The notes under the pieces: generated by a model
Databases searched by the model: none
Seen by the model: only the letters and a program-made list of their open reading frames with translations
Told to the model about the DNA's origin: nothing
Shown: positions 21,301 to 30,550 of the stretch, piece after piece
Layout: the number at the start of each line of letters is the position of its first letter
Position numbering within the stretch: the first letter of the stretch is position 1
Source: Planctomycetota bacterium
GTDB taxonomy: Bacteria > Planctomycetota > UBA1135 > JADKAF01
Direction: 5' to 3'
DNA: 64,000 nucleotides
Assembly (NCBI GenBank): GCA_016719295.1
Contig: JADKAF010000001.1
Location: 640,379-704,378 of the forward strand
Position numbers and translations under genes: made by a program

Positions 21301-23183
21301 CGGAAGGAGTGCACGTAGCAGCGCGGGACCGAGCGGCCCTCGAGGCCGAAGCTGAGCTCGTTGATGACGTTCAGCGCCAGATTGTCGAGCCAGGGCATCG
21401 TGCCGCTGAGCTCGAAGCGCGCGCCGGCGCGGTAGATGAGGAGCAGTGTCGTCGCGGTCCCTCGATGAGCCGGGCCCTGATCGACGCGCACGCGAGGTTG
21501 CTGATCCTTCAGCGTCTCCTCGAGGGCCTCGATGTCCTCGGCCGCGCGCTCGGCGGGGATGATCGCCTTGTAGTCCGCCGAGAACGCGTCGCGCCAGCGC
21601 TTCCAGAGCTGATCGGCGCGATCGAAGTCGCCCCTGCGTTGCAACGCCTCGATGAGTTGGTCGTTCCAACTCCTCGTGAGGTTCGCGATCTCGAGCTCGA
21701 GGGCGGCCGCGTCGATCGCGACGGGCTCGTCCTTCATCGTGAAGTAGTAGTGCAGGCGCACGGTCGGCTCTTCCCCGAGCACCACGCGCACGTCCATCGG
21801 CTTGCTGCCGCAGGCCTCTGATACCACCTGCTGGATCGCGCGCGAGGCCTCGTTATCGAAGCGTTCGCGCGGCAGGATCACCATCACCGAGAGCCCTCGG
21901 TCCAGCCCGTCGCGGCGCAGCGTCACGCGCACGCGGTCTTCGCTGGGGGCTTCGAGGATCGTGCCGATCGTGCGGCGGATCTCCTCGGGATTCATGAGGA
22001 AGAGCTCGGACTTCGGCAGGCGCGCGAAGAGCGAGACGACTTCCTTCGCGTCGTGGCTGCCCGGGAGCATGCCCACGGACTTCACGACCTTCTCTAGCTT
22101 CTTCCGGAGGACCGGGATCTGGGTCGCGTTCTCGGCGAAGGCCTTCGAGGTGAAGAGGCCGAGGAAGCGAATCTCTCCGATCACCTCGCCGCGCGCGTCG
22201 AGGCGCTTCAAACCGATGTAGTCCATCTGCGCGTGGCGATGGACGGTGGAGTGCGAGTTCGCCTTCGAGATCAGCGGGCAGACGCGGCGATGCAGGCGCT
22301 CCGAGACTGCGCGGGGGAGCTCCTCGAGCAGCACCGGCTTCGCGTAGTTCGACACGCCTTCGTCGCCGAGGAGGCCGAGGCCCGAGCCCGGACGCACCGC
22401 GACGCCTTTCCGCCCGCCGAGCTCGGGGTAGCTCTGGATGTCATAGGCGCGGTAGCCGAGGAAGATGAAGTGGTCCTTCTCGATCCACTGCAGGAACTCC
22501 ACGCCTTCGAGGAGCTCCTCGCGCAGCTCGGGCAAGCGCTGCGCATCGGCCTGCAGCATCGCGCGCGCTTCGGCCAGGCGCTCCTTCATGCGCGCGAAGT
22601 CGGTCACGACGCGCACGGCGTCGCGCAGGTTCTTCGCGACGCGGGACTGGAGATCGACGCGCGTCGCTTCGTCGAGCGCTTGGATCTCGAAGTGCATGAA
22701 CGACTCGAGGACGTGCTCGGGCGTTGATTCCGCGCCATCCTTGATCTCGAGCAGGGCGCCACTCTCGTCGCGTTTGATCGCGAGCACGGGGTGATAGAGC
22801 TGCGCGATCTCGAAGCCGCGTTGGCGGATCGTTTCGCGCACGGTGTCGAAGAGGAAGTACTGATCGCGCAGCGTCACGCGCACGACCGTGTACGGAGCGA
22901 CGCGCGGTCCCAAGTCGCGGCCGGGGCGGACCTCGACGCGGAGCTCCTCGGCGCGCTTCTTGTCCAGGAAGCGCACGGACTCCAGGAGCGCGTCCGGCAG
23001 ATCGGCTTCGGCGACGCGGATGCGGTAGCTGCTCGGCAGCCGCTGGTGGAGCAGGCGGGCGAGCTGGTTCGCAAGCGCGCCTTCGCGGCCGGGATGGGCT
23101 TTCGCGAGGGCGGCGCAGACGGCTTCGAGGCTCGGACGGACGGCTTCGGCGGCGCTCGACGGTGCGCCGGAGGACTTCGACAT
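18315..23183 (-). CDS. gdhB: large NAD-specific glutamate dehydrogenase (Bac_GDH family, ~1600 aa)
   Basis: 1622 aa ORF with the full-length architecture of bacterial NAD-GDH. Central GDH catalytic core (…GGSQGYDHKKEGITARG…) with long N- and C-terminal regulatory regions. Confidence 0.9.
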   Translation of the reverse strand: MSKSSGAPSSAAEAVRPSLEAVCAALAKAHPGREGALANQLARLLHQRLPSSYRIRVAEADLPDALLESVRFLDKKRAEELRVEVRPGRDLGPRVAPYTVVRVTLRDQYFLFDTVRETIRQRGFEIAQLYHPVLAIKRDESGALLEIKDGAESTPEHVLESFMHFEIQALDEATRVDLQSRVAKNLRDAVRVVTDFARMKERLAEARAMLQADAQRLPELREELLEGVEFLQWIEKDHFIFLGYRAYDIQSYPELGGRKGVAVRPGSGLGLLGDEGVSNYAKPVLLEELPRAVSERLHRRVCPLISKANSHSTVHRHAQMDYIGLKRLDARGEVIGEIRFLGLFTSKAFAENATQIPVLRKKLEKVVKSVGMLPGSHDAKEVVSLFARLPKSELFLMNPEEIRRTIGTILEAPSEDRVRVTLRRDGLDRGLSVMVILPRERFDNEASRAIQQVVSEACGSKPMDVRVVLGEEPTVRLHYYFTMKDEPVAIDAAALELEIANLTRSWNDQLIEALQRRGDFDRADQLWKRWRDAFSADYKAIIPAERAAEDIEALEETLKDQQPRVRVDQGPAHRGTATTLLLIYRAGARFELSGTMPWLDNLALNVINELSFGLEGRSVPRCYVHSFRVQDERGNFLAPPVARGLRDLISLALAGEIENDALNGLIVNAALDWREVDLLRTYRNYILQVRRDLSLPSIHDALLRNGPAVNALVQYFHARFDPASLGGLPGAQRLQGALPERRAALMQQLEAISDVRDYRIFARFLNAIDSTLRTNFYQTLKGERRIAIKIECAKVDDMPAPRPLYEIYIHATYMEGVHLRSGPVARGGIRWSDRKDDFRTEVLGLMKTQRTKNAVIVPVGSKGGFITKRQHAEREAHLKEGIDRYRTFISGLLDITDNIVDGKVVHPERCVRYDGEDPYLVVAADKGTATYSDFANALSLERGFWLGDAFASGGSQGYDHKKEGITARGGWECVKRHFREMNIDIQKTPFTVVGIGDMSGDVFGNGMLLAQTIKLRAAFDHRDIFLDPNPDPATSFLERKRMFALPRSSWADYRKDLISAGGGIFSRKLRKIPLSPEVRAMLDVSDAEMAPEDLIRAILKMPCDLLWNGGIGTYVKAGTETHADVRDEATDALRVDSRQLRCKVVGEGGNLGFTQRARIEFAAAGGRINTDAIDNSAGVDLSDHEVNLKILLAPVVQEGRLTIEQRNDLLRSLTDEVCLLVLEDNYRQSLVLSMDRQRSLEDLSPYRALMERLVTNGLLDRAVEFLPSRDELEARAARNEGLTRPEIAVLLAYSKIDLFREILDSDVADDAALRPLLHAYFPNEIQKSYAADIDRHRLRREIAATMLTNRIVDRVGVAWPARVASMLGCNLAQLARAFLVADALLGTPALAAEIDQLDGRVPTDAQIIAYRMVATAQERLIPSILRWLDSGLSIQQAIEKHRSDVAALKTRAAETPVEWRRRDSEELYSRLVSRGFPEEFAERLGSLHHLARAGEITGIASEAKCELLRAMEVYYRTGTALEFAEALREAKAGNEKADEERQARSILTEMLRTTYRTTVVAILKHHAAEDVRAAVERWAAAHAQDLEMIRGMLEKARTSGALSLGTLFILNDRFSKLAQVRA

Positions 23184-23283
23184 CGCTGGGGTCCCTTCGA
23201 GACGGTGGCCGACGAGAGTATCCGATGGACCTCGCGCGGTCGAAATCCTGAGCCGCGATGGGCGGGCGCTTCCGATGCCGGAC

Positions 23284-23311
23284 TTGCGATGCGCGCGCCG
23301 GTGGCTATACT
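23284..23311 (+). promoter_or_regulatory. sigma70-like promoter for tRNA-Ala (TTGCGA-N16-TATACT)
   Basis: Near-consensus -35 and -10 hexamers about 50 bp upstream of the tRNA 5-prime end. Confidence 0.45.
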
Positions 23312-23361
23312 CGCGCCCCTTCCGCGGCGCTCGGAGACCTCCAACGCCACGGGGAACCCAG

Positions 23362-23434
<73 letters not shown>

Positions 23435-23441
23435 ACCCTAC

Positions 23442-23480
23442 GCGAGGGCCGGTCGAAAGACTGGCCCTCGCGCCGTTTCC
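23442..23480 (+). terminator. hairpin terminator after tRNA-Ala
   Basis: gcgagggcc / ggccctcgc 9 bp perfect stem with 12 nt loop, followed by cgccgtttcc. Confidence 0.5.
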
Positions 23481-23545
23481 GGAGCTCCGAGACGGCCCAG
23501 CTGCGAGCCCATGTTGGACAGCGCCCTCCGCCGCGGGCTAGCTTC

Positions 23546-23561
23546 TTGAACCGTGGTTCAA
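23546..23561. promoter_or_regulatory. palindromic putative TetR operator TTGAACC-gt-GGTTCAA overlapping the tetR GTG start
   Basis: Perfect 7 bp inverted repeat centred on the start codon of the TetR gene. Typical autoregulatory operator placement. Confidence 0.4.
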
Positions 23562-24257
23562 TCCGCCGTCCCCGAATCCTCCGCCGAGCGCTTCGATGCG
23601 CGCCGACGCGAGATCCTGCTCTCGGCCTCGCGTGCTTATCGCGAGAGGGGATTTCATGCCACCGGCATGCGCGAGATCGCGCAGGCCGCGGGCATGACGG
23701 CGGGGAACCTCTACCACTACTTCGCCGGCAAGGAGGCGCTGCTCGCCTTCTGCCAGGAAGAGAGCGCGCGGCGCTTGAACGAGCTCGCCGCTTGGGTGGA
23801 GGAGCAGCCGCTGCGCGCCGATGCACGCCTGCACGCTCTGATCGTCGGCCACGTGCTCGTGCTGAACGAAGGCCTCCCCGGGTCGCTCGCGCACCTCGAG
23901 GTCGAGAGCCTGGACGGCGAAGGCCGCCGGCGCGTGGTGACGCTGCGCGATCGCTACGAGGAGGCCCTGCGGGGCATCCTGCGCGCCGGCATGGACGCCG
24001 GCGTTCTCCGCCGCGCCGACTTGAAGCTCACGGCGCTCGCCATCCTGGGCGCCATCAACTGGACCGTGAAGTGGTTCCGCCCCGGAGGCAAGAGCAGCGC
24101 GCGGGAGGTCGGCGAGCATTTCGCCGAGCAGCTCGTGCGCGGCTTGCTCGCGCCGGAAGTGGAGCTCATGCGGCCCGCGGGGGAGGTGCCGATCTTCGGC
24201 TCCGCCGCGCACCGCGAGAACAACGCCACGCCTACCGACTCCTCGAGGACGCGATGA
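23553..24257 (+). CDS. TetR/AcrR family transcriptional regulator
   Basis: N-terminal HTH (…REIAQAAGMTAGNLYHYFAGKEALL…). 234 aa. ATGA overlap with the downstream 2Fe-2S subunit gene. Confidence 0.85.
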   Translation: MVQSAVPESSAERFDARRREILLSASRAYRERGFHATGMREIAQAAGMTAGNLYHYFAGKEALLAFCQEESARRLNELAAWVEEQPLRADARLHALIVGHVLVLNEGLPGSLAHLEVESLDGEGRRRVVTLRDRYEEALRGILRAGMDAGVLRRADLKLTALAILGAINWTVKWFRPGGKSSAREVGEHFAEQLVRGLLAPEVELMRPAGEVPIFGSAAHRENNATPTDSSRTR

Positions 24258-24811
24258 GCTCTCCCGTTCCCTCCGGCACCTCCGTCGCCACGCTGCGCGT
24301 GAACGGCGAGGAGCGCACGGTGGCCTTCCCCACGCATCACACTCTGCTCGAAGTGCTCCGCGAGGAGCTCGGGCTCACCGGCACGAAGCACGGCTGCGAG
24401 CTCGGCGAGTGCGGCACCTGCACGGTGCTCCTAGACGGCAAACCCGTGCTGAGCTGCCTCATGCTGACCGTCGAGGCCGAAGGGCACGCGGTCGAGACCG
24501 TGGAGGGGCTGCAGCAGGGGAACCAGCTCCACCCGCTGCAGAGCGCGTTCGCCGATCTCGGCGCTGCGCAGTGCGGGTACTGCACGCCCGGCATCCTCAT
24601 GGCCTCGAAGGCCCTGCTCGCCGCGAATCCCGCGGCGACGCGCGAGGAGATCGCCTCGGCGCTCTCCGGCAATCTCTGCCGCTGCACGGGCTACCAGAAG
24701 ATCCTCGAGGCCGTGGAGTGGGCCGGGCGCACGCTCTGCGGCGAGAATTCACCGCCGGCGCGCGAGTGCTCGTTCGGCGAGAGGCTTCCAGAGGAGGTGC
24801 AGCGTGGCTGA
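24254..24811 (+). CDS. molybdo-hydroxylase [2Fe-2S]-binding small subunit (CoxS/XdhC-like)
   Basis: CELGECGTCTV and CGYCTPG / CRCTGY cysteine clusters typical of xanthine dehydrogenase / aldehyde oxidoreductase small subunits. Confidence 0.85.
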   Translation: MSSPVPSGTSVATLRVNGEERTVAFPTHHTLLEVLREELGLTGTKHGCELGECGTCTVLLDGKPVLSCLMLTVEAEGHAVETVEGLQQGNQLHPLQSAFADLGAAQCGYCTPGILMASKALLAANPAATREEIASALSGNLCRCTGYQKILEAVEWAGRTLCGENSPPARECSFGERLPEEVQRG

Positions 24812-27368
24812 GCGCTCCGAGAAGCAGGACGGCGCCGCGGCGAAGCCCGAGGCTGTGCGGGAGCTGGAGAAGGTGCGCGAGATCGCTGTCGCGCGCAACA
24901 TCGTCGGGACGCCGTATCGCCGCGTCGATGGCCGCGCGAAGGTGACGGGCCTGACGCGCTTCGCCGACGATCTCTCGTTCCCGCGCATGGTGCACATGCG
25001 CCTCGTGCGCTCGATCGTGCCGCACGCGCGCATCGTCTCGATCGACACCTCGAAGGCCGCGGCGATGCCGGGCGTCCTCGCGTTCCTCGTCGGCAAGGAC
25101 ATGCCGATTCCCTTCGGCATCCTGCCCGTCTCGCAGGACGAGCACGCGCTCTGCATCGACAAGGTGCGCTTCGTCGGCGATCCCGTGGTCGCGATCGCGG
25201 CGCTCACCGACGATCAGGCCTACGAGGCCTCCCTCGCCGTAGGGGTCGAGTACGAGTCGCTGGAGACGATCGCCACGGTGGAGGAGGCGATCGCGACACC
25301 CGAGCCGCGGATCCACGACTATTCTGACGAAGGCAACATCCACAAGAAGGTCTCGATGCAGTTCGGCGAGCTCGAAGAGGGCTTCGCCGAGGCGGACGAG
25401 ATCTTCGAGGACGTGCTGCTCTTCGAGGGCAACACGCACCTGCCGATGGAGCAGCACGCCACCGTCGCCGTGCCCGAGGACGACGGGCGCGTCACGGTGT
25501 GGTCCTCGACGCAGACGCCGCACTATCTGCACCGCTCGCTCGCGAAGGTGCTGGAGCTCCCCGCGAGCAGGATCCGCGTGATCGCGTGCCCCAACGGCGG
25601 CGGCTTCGGCGGGAAGAGCGATCCGTTCAACCACGAGATCGCGGCGGCGAAGATGGCGCTGACCCTGGGGCGCCCGGTCAAGATCTGCCTCACGCGCGAA
25701 GAGGTCTTCTACTGCCATCGCGGACGGCACCCGGTGCTGATGAAGCTCCGCACCGGCTTCAAGCGGGACGGCCGCATGACCGCGCAGCATCTGCAGACCG
25801 CGCTCGACGGCGGAGCCTATGGCTCCTACGGCGTCGCGAGCACCTACTACACCGGTGCGCTGCAGACCGTGACCTACGATCTGCCGCGCTACCGCTTCGA
25901 CTCGGTGCGCTGCTTCACGAACAAGCCGCCGTGCGGGCCGAAGCGCGGCCACGGCACGCCGCAGCCGAGGTTCGGCTTAGAGGTGCATCTCGACAAGGTG
26001 GCGGTGAAGCTCGGCATCGATCCCGCCGACATCCGCCTGAACAACCTGGTCCAGCCGAACACCATTACCGCGAACTGGCTGAAGGTCGGCTCGATCGGGC
26101 TCAAGAAGTGCATCGAGGCGGTCGTCGCCGGCTCCGGTTGGCGCGAGCGCCGGGGCAAGCTCCCGCACGGACGCGGCCTAGGGCTAGCGTGCGGCTCCTA
26201 TCTCTCGGGTGCGGGGCTGCCGATCTACTGGAACCACATGCCGCAGTCGGGCGTACAGTTGAAGCTCGATCGCTCGGGCTGCGTCGCCGCGTTCTGCGGG
26301 CAAACCGAGATCGGGCAGGGCAGCGACAGCGTGCTCGCGGGCATCGTCGCCGAGGTGCTCGGCATCGAGCTCTTGGACATCCGCCTCTGCGTCGCCGACA
26401 CCGATCTGACCCCGGTCGATCTCGGCTCCTACTCCTCGCGCGTGACGCTGATGATGGGCAACGCGGCGCTGCAAGCCGCGCAGCGCGCGCGAGAGATCGT
26501 CGCGCGCGCGGTGAGCGAGCAGCTGAAAGTCCCGCAGGATCGCCTCGTCTTCGCCGAGCGGCGCGTCTTCGACAGCGAAGATCCGAGCAAGGGGCTGAGC
26601 TGGCCGGACGCCTGCGGCTGCGCCGAGTCCCGTTTCGGCACGCTCGGCACGACGGGCTCCTACATCCCGCCGCGCTCACCCGGGCGCTATCGCGGTGCGG
26701 GCGTCGGACCTTCGCCGGCCTACTCGTACTCGGCGACGGTCGTCGAGGTAGAGGTCGATCCCGAGACCGGGCTCTACCGCGTCGAGCACGTGTGGATGGC
26801 GCACGACGTCGGCAAGGCGATCAACCCCGTGCTCGTGATGGGGCAGATCGAGGGCTCGGTGTACATGGGGCTCGGCGAGGCGCTGATGGAGGAGCAGGTG
26901 TTCCGGCGCTTGCCGAAGAATCGCTCGAACGCGCTGGTGCACAAGCACCCCTCGATGCTCGAGTACAAGAGCCCGACCTTCCTCGAGATGCCGAAGGTGA
27001 CGTCGTACATCATCGAGGACCCCGATCCCAACGGGCCCTTCGGCGCGAAGGAGGTCGGACAAGGGCCGCTGCTGCCGATGATGCCGGCGATCGCGAACGC
27101 GATCTTCGACGCGGTGGGCGTGCGCGTGGACCAGATCCCCGTGCATCCGCATCTGGTGGCGAAGGCGCTCGAGGAGAAGGCTCGCGGCAAAGAGCCGCGA
27201 GTTGGGCCGCGTGCGTTCCCGAGCATCGACTTCGGGACGCCGCTGCGCGTGCCTACGCCGGCCGAGGGCGGCGACGGCCAAGCCGTGAACCAGGACGAAG
27301 CCAAGGTGCGCACCGGCACCGGCACCATGACCGAGCGCGAAGAAGCGCTGCGAGGGACCAAGCGATGA
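24804..27368 (+). CDS. molybdopterin-binding large subunit of xanthine dehydrogenase / aldehyde oxidase family
   Basis: 854 aa. GTG start 7 nt after a GAGGAGG Shine-Dalgarno. Conserved aldehyde-oxidase/xanthine-dehydrogenase blocks (…GGGFGGK…, GEALMEE). Confidence 0.9.
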   Translation: MAERSEKQDGAAAKPEAVRELEKVREIAVARNIVGTPYRRVDGRAKVTGLTRFADDLSFPRMVHMRLVRSIVPHARIVSIDTSKAAAMPGVLAFLVGKDMPIPFGILPVSQDEHALCIDKVRFVGDPVVAIAALTDDQAYEASLAVGVEYESLETIATVEEAIATPEPRIHDYSDEGNIHKKVSMQFGELEEGFAEADEIFEDVLLFEGNTHLPMEQHATVAVPEDDGRVTVWSSTQTPHYLHRSLAKVLELPASRIRVIACPNGGGFGGKSDPFNHEIAAAKMALTLGRPVKICLTREEVFYCHRGRHPVLMKLRTGFKRDGRMTAQHLQTALDGGAYGSYGVASTYYTGALQTVTYDLPRYRFDSVRCFTNKPPCGPKRGHGTPQPRFGLEVHLDKVAVKLGIDPADIRLNNLVQPNTITANWLKVGSIGLKKCIEAVVAGSGWRERRGKLPHGRGLGLACGSYLSGAGLPIYWNHMPQSGVQLKLDRSGCVAAFCGQTEIGQGSDSVLAGIVAEVLGIELLDIRLCVADTDLTPVDLGSYSSRVTLMMGNAALQAAQRAREIVARAVSEQLKVPQDRLVFAERRVFDSEDPSKGLSWPDACGCAESRFGTLGTTGSYIPPRSPGRYRGAGVGPSPAYSYSATVVEVEVDPETGLYRVEHVWMAHDVGKAINPVLVMGQIEGSVYMGLGEALMEEQVFRRLPKNRSNALVHKHPSMLEYKSPTFLEMPKVTSYIIEDPDPNGPFGAKEVGQGPLLPMMPAIANAIFDAVGVRVDQIPVHPHLVAKALEEKARGKEPRVGPRAFPSIDFGTPLRVPTPAEGGDGQAVNQDEAKVRTGTGTMTEREEALRGTKR

Positions 27369-28384
27369 TGCGCCTGCCGTCGTTCCGCTTCCACCGCCCG
27401 CAGACCCTGGCCGAGGCTGCGCGCCTGCTCGCCGCCTCACCGCAGACGACGCGCCTCGTCGCCGGCGGCACCGATCTCTGGCCCAACTTGAAGCGCCGCC
27501 ACCAGCAAGCCGAGGACGTGGTCTCGCTTTCCCTCGTGCGCGAGCTCCACGGCGTCTCTCGGCTCGCGGACGGCTCGTTCGCGATCGGCGCGATGACGAC
27601 CTTGAGCGAAGTCGCCGCCGATCGCCCGCTCGCCGCCGAGCATCCCGCGCTCTCGCGCGCGGTGCGCTCGATCTCCTCGCCCGTGCTGCAGAACATGGGC
27701 ACGCTGGGCGGCAACCTCTGCCTCGACACGCGCTGCACCTACTACAACCAGAACGAGGAGTGGCGGCGCTCCATCGGCTACTGCAAGAAAGAGGTCGGCG
27801 AGACCTGCTGGGTCGCTCCCGGCTCGCCGCGCTGCTGGGCGATCTCGGCCTCGGACTCCGCACCCATGCTCTGCGCGCTCGGCGCGAGCGTCCGCCTCGT
27901 CTCCGCGAGCGGCGAGCGCACGATCCCGCTCACCGCGCTCTACCAGGACGACGGCATCGCCTATCTCACGAAGCGCCCGGATGAGATCCTGACGCAGGTT
28001 CTCCTACCAGCGGCTGCGGATCGGCGGAGCTCCTTCTGGAAGCTGCGCCGCCGCGGCTCGATCGACTTCGGCGTGCTCTCCGTCGCCGGCACGATCGCTC
28101 TCGATGCGCAGCGCCACGTGCGCTCGGCGCAGCTCTTCCTGGGCTGCGTCGCTTCCTTCCCGACGCCGTGCACCGAAGCCGTCGAAGCCTTGGTCGGCAA
28201 GCCGTTCGACGAGGAGCACATCGCGCGCGCCGCCGCTCTCGCGCGCAAAGCAGCCTCGCCGCTCAGCAACACCGACTTCCTCCCGCAGTGGCGCTCGAAG
28301 ATGGTCGAGCCCTACACGGAAGCGGTGCTGCGCGAGATCGCCGGCCTGCCGCAGCAGAGGCTCGCTCCTGCGCACGCGTTCTAA
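27365..28384 (+). CDS. FAD-binding medium subunit (CoxM-like) of the molybdo-hydroxylase
   Basis: ATGATG start overlapping the large-subunit stop. LVAGGTDLWPNLK FAD-binding motif. Confidence 0.85.
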   Translation: MMRLPSFRFHRPQTLAEAARLLAASPQTTRLVAGGTDLWPNLKRRHQQAEDVVSLSLVRELHGVSRLADGSFAIGAMTTLSEVAADRPLAAEHPALSRAVRSISSPVLQNMGTLGGNLCLDTRCTYYNQNEEWRRSIGYCKKEVGETCWVAPGSPRCWAISASDSAPMLCALGASVRLVSASGERTIPLTALYQDDGIAYLTKRPDEILTQVLLPAAADRRSSFWKLRRRGSIDFGVLSVAGTIALDAQRHVRSAQLFLGCVASFPTPCTEAVEALVGKPFDEEHIARAAALARKAASPLSNTDFLPQWRSKMVEPYTEAVLREIAGLPQQRLAPAHAF

Positions 28385-28701
28385 GGCGGAACGGACGCGG
28401 AGGCGCGCCGCTTGCGATTTCGCGCTCGAAGCGTGTCGCGAGGATTCGCGTCCGTTGGTCGATGCATTGCGGGCGCGTGAAGGCGGGGGGCGAGAGGCGA
28501 TCGAACGCAAGACCGCGCAGGCGCTACGCCCGGCCCTCCGGCGAAGCAAGCGTCGCGCCCGACGCGCGTGAACGACGTCGATCGTGTTCGAACCTCGACG
28601 CGCGAACGACGCGCGCGATAAACGCGGAGCGTGACGCGTCGTGCACGTCGCTTGCTGCGCCTCCGGGCGCGGCTCCGCTCCGTCGATAGACGTCGTGCGC
28701 C

Positions 28702-28736
28702 GTTTCGGAGCCCGCGGGAGGCGGGGGCTCCGAAAC
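28702..28736. repeat. REP-like hairpin (gtttcggagccc / gggctccgaaac)
   Basis: Same sequence as 14566-14600. Confidence 0.7.
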
Positions 28737-28829
28737 TCATGTTGTCGAGAGCGATCGGACGTCGACGCGCGAACGACGTCGAGAGACACGGGGTTCCACG
28801 CCCGCGCGGCGGCAGGGCGGACGGGAGCG

Positions 28830-29570
28830 TCAGCGCGAGATTGCTCGGCGGCTTGAATGGGCGAGGTTCGCTCGCGGTCGACCAGCGTGCTTGTGGTGCC
28901 GCGGCAGCTCGCGGATGTCGAGCAGGCCGTTGCGGCGCCAGCCGGTGGTGAGAAGCCAGGTCGAGGCGGGCGCGACGGCAGCCACGAGCGGCGCGGTTGA
29001 GATCGACGCGATCGATGAGCGCTCCATCCATCCATCGAACACGGGCGTGCTCGAGCACAGGTCGATCGATGATGTCGCGACCACTCCGTGCTTCTTGCCG
29101 TTCTGCAACACGTAGCGCAGCGCGTTGCGCGCCTGCGTCGGCGTCGAGATCACCTCGTCGTGATAGCGCTCAGGGAACACGTTGCCGCGGCGGCCCCAGA
29201 GTTCGTTCAACGCGCGGGCGAGCGGGCTCAGCAGCGCGTTCATGCCGCGGGCGACGCATTCACGATCGTCGGCCTCGACCAGGAGGTGCAGATGGTCCGT
29301 CTGAATCGAATAGTGAACAATCTGCATCCCGTGCCGATTGCTGCTCGCGCTGAGCGCGACGAGAACGAGCTTCAACGCGCCGCCGCGGCGCAGCGAAGGC
29401 AGGCCGCCGGCGAGGCTCACGGTGACGTGTAGCGGCTCGTTGCGCTCCTTCTTTGAACGCTGACGGTGCGGCATGCCGGGCTCGGCACTCTTCAGCTTCC
29501 GTCCCGCTCCCTTCCGCTTGCCGCCATGTTGACGGAATTCGAACTCGAGCTGTTGTTCCTTGCGGCGCAT
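28830..29570 (-). CDS. IS200/IS605-family (RAYT-like) HuH tyrosine transposase, intact
   Basis: 246 aa. HuH motif HLHLLVEADD. C-terminal catalytic Tyr motif NALRYVLQNGKKHGVV. Basic N-terminus. Confidence 0.8.
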   Translation of the reverse strand: MRRKEQQLEFEFRQHGGKRKGAGRKLKSAEPGMPHRQRSKKERNEPLHVTVSLAGGLPSLRRGGALKLVLVALSASSNRHGMQIVHYSIQTDHLHLLVEADDRECVARGMNALLSPLARALNELWGRRGNVFPERYHDEVISTPTQARNALRYVLQNGKKHGVVATSSIDLCSSTPVFDGWMERSSIASISTAPLVAAVAPASTWLLTTGWRRNGLLDIRELPRHHKHAGRPRANLAHSSRRAISR

Positions 29571-29779
29571 GTGGCTCCTCTACCTCATTGCGCGTCGCCT
29601 TCCCCGGTTTCGTTCCAGCATGAAGAACGCAGAAGGGGTGTTCGTGGTTTCCTAGAAAGTCGGAATCTTGATTGCGCGACGTTGCTCGCGGCGCGATTAC
29701 ACTGCCGCCGTGCGGTCGGGGAACCCTTGTCTATCGAGGTCGTTCTTGCGTCGACGTCCGATCGCTGCCGACAACATGA

Positions 29780-29814
29780 GTTCCGGAGCCCCCGCCTCCC
29801 GCGGGCTCCGGAAC
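29780..29814. repeat. REP-like hairpin, inverted copy (gttccggagccc / gggctccggaac)
   Basis: Third stem variant with compensatory change at stem position 4. Confidence 0.7.
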
Positions 29815-30064
29815 GGCGTACGATGTCTTTCGAGGTAGCGGAGCCGCATCCGGAGGCGATGCAAGCGACGTGACCGCCGCGCTCGCTCTCGAATCGCGTT
29901 CGGCTCCGAACGAGCGTCGACGGGCGAAGTCATTCGAGTTCGTTCACGCGCGGCGGGCGCGGCGCTTGCTTCGCCGGAGGGCTGGCGGAGCGGTCGTCGC
30001 GATACTCGCGTTCGAATGTTCGCGCTCGTCCTTGGTTCGGGTGCCGATCACGCGTCGACGCGTC

Positions 30065-30550
30065 CACCGCGTGGTCGCGCACGTGAAGCGAGAGCGAGAG
30101 GCGTTCGAACGCAAGACCGCGCATGCGCTACGCCGGGCCCTGCGGCGAAGCAAGCGCCGCGCCCGACGCGCGCGTGCGACGTCGATGGAGTTCGAGTGTC
30201 GACGCGCGAACGACGTCGAGAGACACGGGGTTCCCCGCCCGCGCGGCGGCAGGGCGGACGGGAGCGTCAGCGCGAGGTGCTCGGCGGCTTGAATGGGCGA
30301 GGTTCGCTCGCGGCCGGCCGGCGTGCTTGGTGTGCGGCAGCTCGCGGATGTCGAGCAGGCCGAGGCGACGCCAGCCGGTGGTGAGGAGCCAGGTCGAGGA
30401 TTGAGCGACGGCGGCCACGACCGGTGTCGCGGCGATCGACGCGCGCTCTACCTAGCCTTCGAACACGGGCGCGCTCGAGCTGAGATCGACCGATCTGCGC
30501 GGCACGACGCCCAGCTTCTTGCTGTTCTGTCGCACGTAGCGCGCAGCGCC
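30065..30550 (-). mobile_element. truncated third copy of the RAYT element (right flank lacking the hairpin, plus 3-prime third of the transposase gene)
   Basis: 30070-30270 matches the copy 2 right flank with the hairpin segment deleted. 30270-30545 encodes …RYVRQNSKKLGVVP…STWLLTTGWRRLGLLDIRELPH…GRPRANLAHSSRRA with an internal stop. Abuts the copy 2 left end. Confidence 0.5.

Larger units (their letters stand above)
28390..30065 (-). mobile_element. IS200/RAYT-like element copy 2 (intact transposase) with ~450-500 bp inverted flanks
   Basis: Flanks 28390-28829 and 29571-30065 match the copy 1 flanks. Hairpins at 28702-28736 and 29780-29814. Inserted immediately after the coxM stop. Confidence 0.65.
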
